Below, one piece after another: positions 26,644 through 28,277 of a stretch of DNA of 28,277 nt. Both the position numbers and the translations under genes were made by a program. The DNA comes from a virus (Duplodnaviria > Heunggongvirae > Uroviricota > Caudoviricetes): IMG/VR virus record IMGVR_UViG_2913167280_000009, positions 1-28,277 of that record; one strand, given 5' to 3'. Position 1 is the stretch's first letter. Every line of letters starts with the position of its first letter. The notes beneath the pieces are model-generated. The model did no database searches. It saw only the letters and a program-made list of their open reading frames with translations, and was not told where the DNA came from.

Positions 26644-27164
26644 TGGTTGTCTCCTTTGTGTTGCGCCAGCTCTTCCTGCGCCTGCATCATGCGATTGACC
26701 TGAACGCGTGTGCGTCGAACGGCAAAATTAAATTGAAACATGAGCCGGAACATTTCTGAGGCTTCCGTGTGAGCATCGCGGAGAGGTGACAGGCGGTACA
26801 GTTCTGCCTCCGTAGCTTGTTGAATCAATGACAGATCAAATTGAAGTGCGGGTCTGGTACATTTTGCACGTCTGGCAGCAAGCTCCGGCATCAGTTTCTT
26901 AACGAAGGTGTTTTGCACCGCTTTGTTGAGTTGTGTCTGCATCCAAATCGCAAATTTCAGCGAACGCATAAGTTTGATAGCCTCGGGCAGCGGCAGATAG
27001 ATCATGCTGGTAGATTTGGGTGGTTGGTGAATCATCTTCACGGATACGCGATTTCGCAGCGTTCGGAAAATCGTGTTCCCAACAACAGCTTCTACGGATA
27101 CAGGACAGGGAGCCAGACCAGCCCGCAGTGCTTCTTTCATTAGCATGTATTCGTATTTTTTCAT
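26640..27164 (-). CDS. Hypothetical protein; third gene of the parM-parR operon
   Basis: 174 aa; RBS GAGGAA 6-7 nt upstream of ATG; only 60 bp downstream of parR with no convincing terminator between. Confidence 0.5.
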   Translation of the reverse strand: MKKYEYMLMKEALRAGLAPCPVSVEAVVGNTIFRTLRNRVSVKMIHQPPKSTSMIYLPLPEAIKLMRSLKFAIWMQTQLNKAVQNTFVKKLMPELAARRAKCTRPALQFDLSLIQQATEAELYRLSPLRDAHTEASEMFRLMFQFNFAVRRTRVQVNRMMQAQEELAQHKGDNQ

Positions 27165-27224
27165 CGTGTTTTCCTCGTGCGGGGCGACAGTGCACCCCGA
27201 TAAAATTAAAAGCCGTCAAATTCG

Positions 27225-27536
27225 TCATTCAGGAAATAATGCCCGGATATTCCCTGCTATCTGACTGGTTATCTGTGCGGTTGATACTGGCTGTGACGCG
27301 GGGGATTCTGTCCTGGTTTGTGTCACTGATAACGCTTCATCATCAGCCCATGCAGCCAGTCGGTAAGCCTCTGCCGGATTCATCTTCAGAAGTGCCAGCC
27401 CGGCCAGAAAAGCCACGCGCTGGCCGCTTTTGCGGGCTTCTGGTGTAAGGCTGTCCAGCCAGGCGCATGCTTCGCCTTCGTTCTTGACGGCGGCTGGCTT
27501 CAGATAGAAACTTATTCTTCTGGTTAATGTCGCCAT
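27225..27536 (-). CDS. parR: ParR/StbB-like partition adaptor (centromere-binding)
   Basis: 103 aa; RISFYLKPAAV...AWLDSLTPEARKSGQRVAFLAGLAL aligns with R1 ParR (TIAFKLNPDVN...DTLDSIPQGERSRLNRAALTAGLAL); directly downstream of the parM homologue. Confidence 0.75.
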   Translation of the reverse strand: MATLTRRISFYLKPAAVKNEGEACAWLDSLTPEARKSGQRVAFLAGLALLKMNPAEAYRLAAWADDEALSVTQTRTESPASQPVSTAQITSQIAGNIRALFPE

Positions 27537-27542
27537 GGAGGG

Positions 27543-28277
27543 TTACTCCTTATCCATAGCGTACAGACCGTTAACCAGAGCAAACTGTGGCACCCCGTCT
27601 GTGATGAAATTCGCATTGACTCCATAGACTTCACGGACTGCGGGTGCCACAATCTCCGCTCCTCCACCGACAACCAGCACCCGCCCGTAACCCGAAAAGC
27701 CCGCGAGTGCGCGGATCACGCGTTGTTTCAGTGTCTCCTCCTTTTCACGAATAACCGCCATCAGGCTGTTGTAATGCGCGTCATTGTGAATGTGCTGGCG
27801 TAGCCAGGCTTCATCGTGACGGTGCTCAATAATGGTATTGGCGATGTGGTGACTGGTACGCATACCGTTAGTGGCCATCACCGACAGCACGGCATCAGCC
27901 ATCAGGGAAACGCCTACGTGTGGATCGCAAAACACCTGGCTGATGCCTGCCAGTTGCCCCTGAACCTTTGCCACATCCAGCGTGGTTCCGCCCAAATCCA
28001 CAATCAGCAGGGATTCAAACGGACTCATGTCAGCCAGTGCCTTAAAGCCAGCCGGAATGGATTCAGGCATAACCCGCACGTTACGGATAGTGAATGCCTC
28101 ACCGTTCTGGCACTCCACCGGGCGCATGACGTTCGCTTTTTTGCGGTTGATGTTGGCCATGTCCGGCTGTGCGTTTGTGTCGAAATATTCGCTCAGTGGC
28201 AGGGTGACAACCACATCCACTTCCTGTGGTGTGATGCCTGATTTGACCAGTGCGTGGTGAATGGCAATGACATTCAC
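27543..28277 (-). CDS. parM: ParM/StbA actin-like partition ATPase, N-terminally truncated by the window edge
   Basis: Colinear matches to R1 ParM: IAIHHAL, ITPQEVD, RKKAN, VMPESIPAGF, SLLIVDLGGTTLDVA, GVSL, FSGYGRVLVVGGGAE, LVNGLY. Confidence 0.85.
   Translation of the reverse strand: MNVIAIHHALVKSGITPQEVDVVVTLPLSEYFDTNAQPDMANINRKKANVMRPVECQNGEAFTIRNVRVMPESIPAGFKALADMSPFESLLIVDLGGTTLDVAKVQGQLAGISQVFCDPHVGVSLMADAVLSVMATNGMRTSHHIANTIIEHRHDEAWLRQHIHNDAHYNSLMAVIREKEETLKQRVIRALAGFSGYGRVLVVGGGAEIVAPAVREVYGVNANFITDGVPQFALVNGLYAMDKE

Noticed and set aside
1-28277. CRISPR arrays, tRNA/tmRNA genes, IS elements, integrase
   Set aside because: No regularly spaced direct repeats, cloverleaf-like tRNA features, transposase or tyrosine recombinase ORF found by manual reading; a tRNA scan of 2167-2709 and 994-1223 would be a sensible check.

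Overview
This window is almost entirely the late (structural, lysis and packaging) region of a P2-like (Peduovirus-type) temperate phage, with accessory modules at both ends. All calls rest on reading the translations and sequence by eye; no database search was run. From the right: a partial ParM/ParR actin-type partition operon with two co-transcribed unknown genes, then an operator-rich intergenic region and a further unknown gene, converging on terminase large subunit P and portal Q (+ strand). Divergent from P-Q on the - strand run scaffold O, capsid N, terminase small M, head completion L, tail X, holin, an M15-peptidase endolysin, the spanins LysB with embedded LysC, R, S, baseplate V-W-J-I, tail fibre H, a macrodomain ORF, and tail fibre assembly G/Tfa. 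The sheath-tube-E/E'-tape measure-U block lies on the + strand, i.e. inverted relative to canonical P2, while D and ogr are on the - strand. Left of ogr are an unannotated 46-aa Hok/Gef-family toxin, a Mu Com-like zinc finger overlapping a DNA amino-methyltransferase, and a probable Flk-like tail-anchored membrane protein. No integrase, repressor, replication gene, tRNA, CRISPR array or IS element is visible in the window. The most interesting candidates are the macrodomain ORF translationally coupled to the tail fibre gene, the unknown cargo between portal and ParMR, and the co-occurrence of ParMR with Hok (both stability modules of plasmid R1), which raises a phage-plasmid hypothesis.
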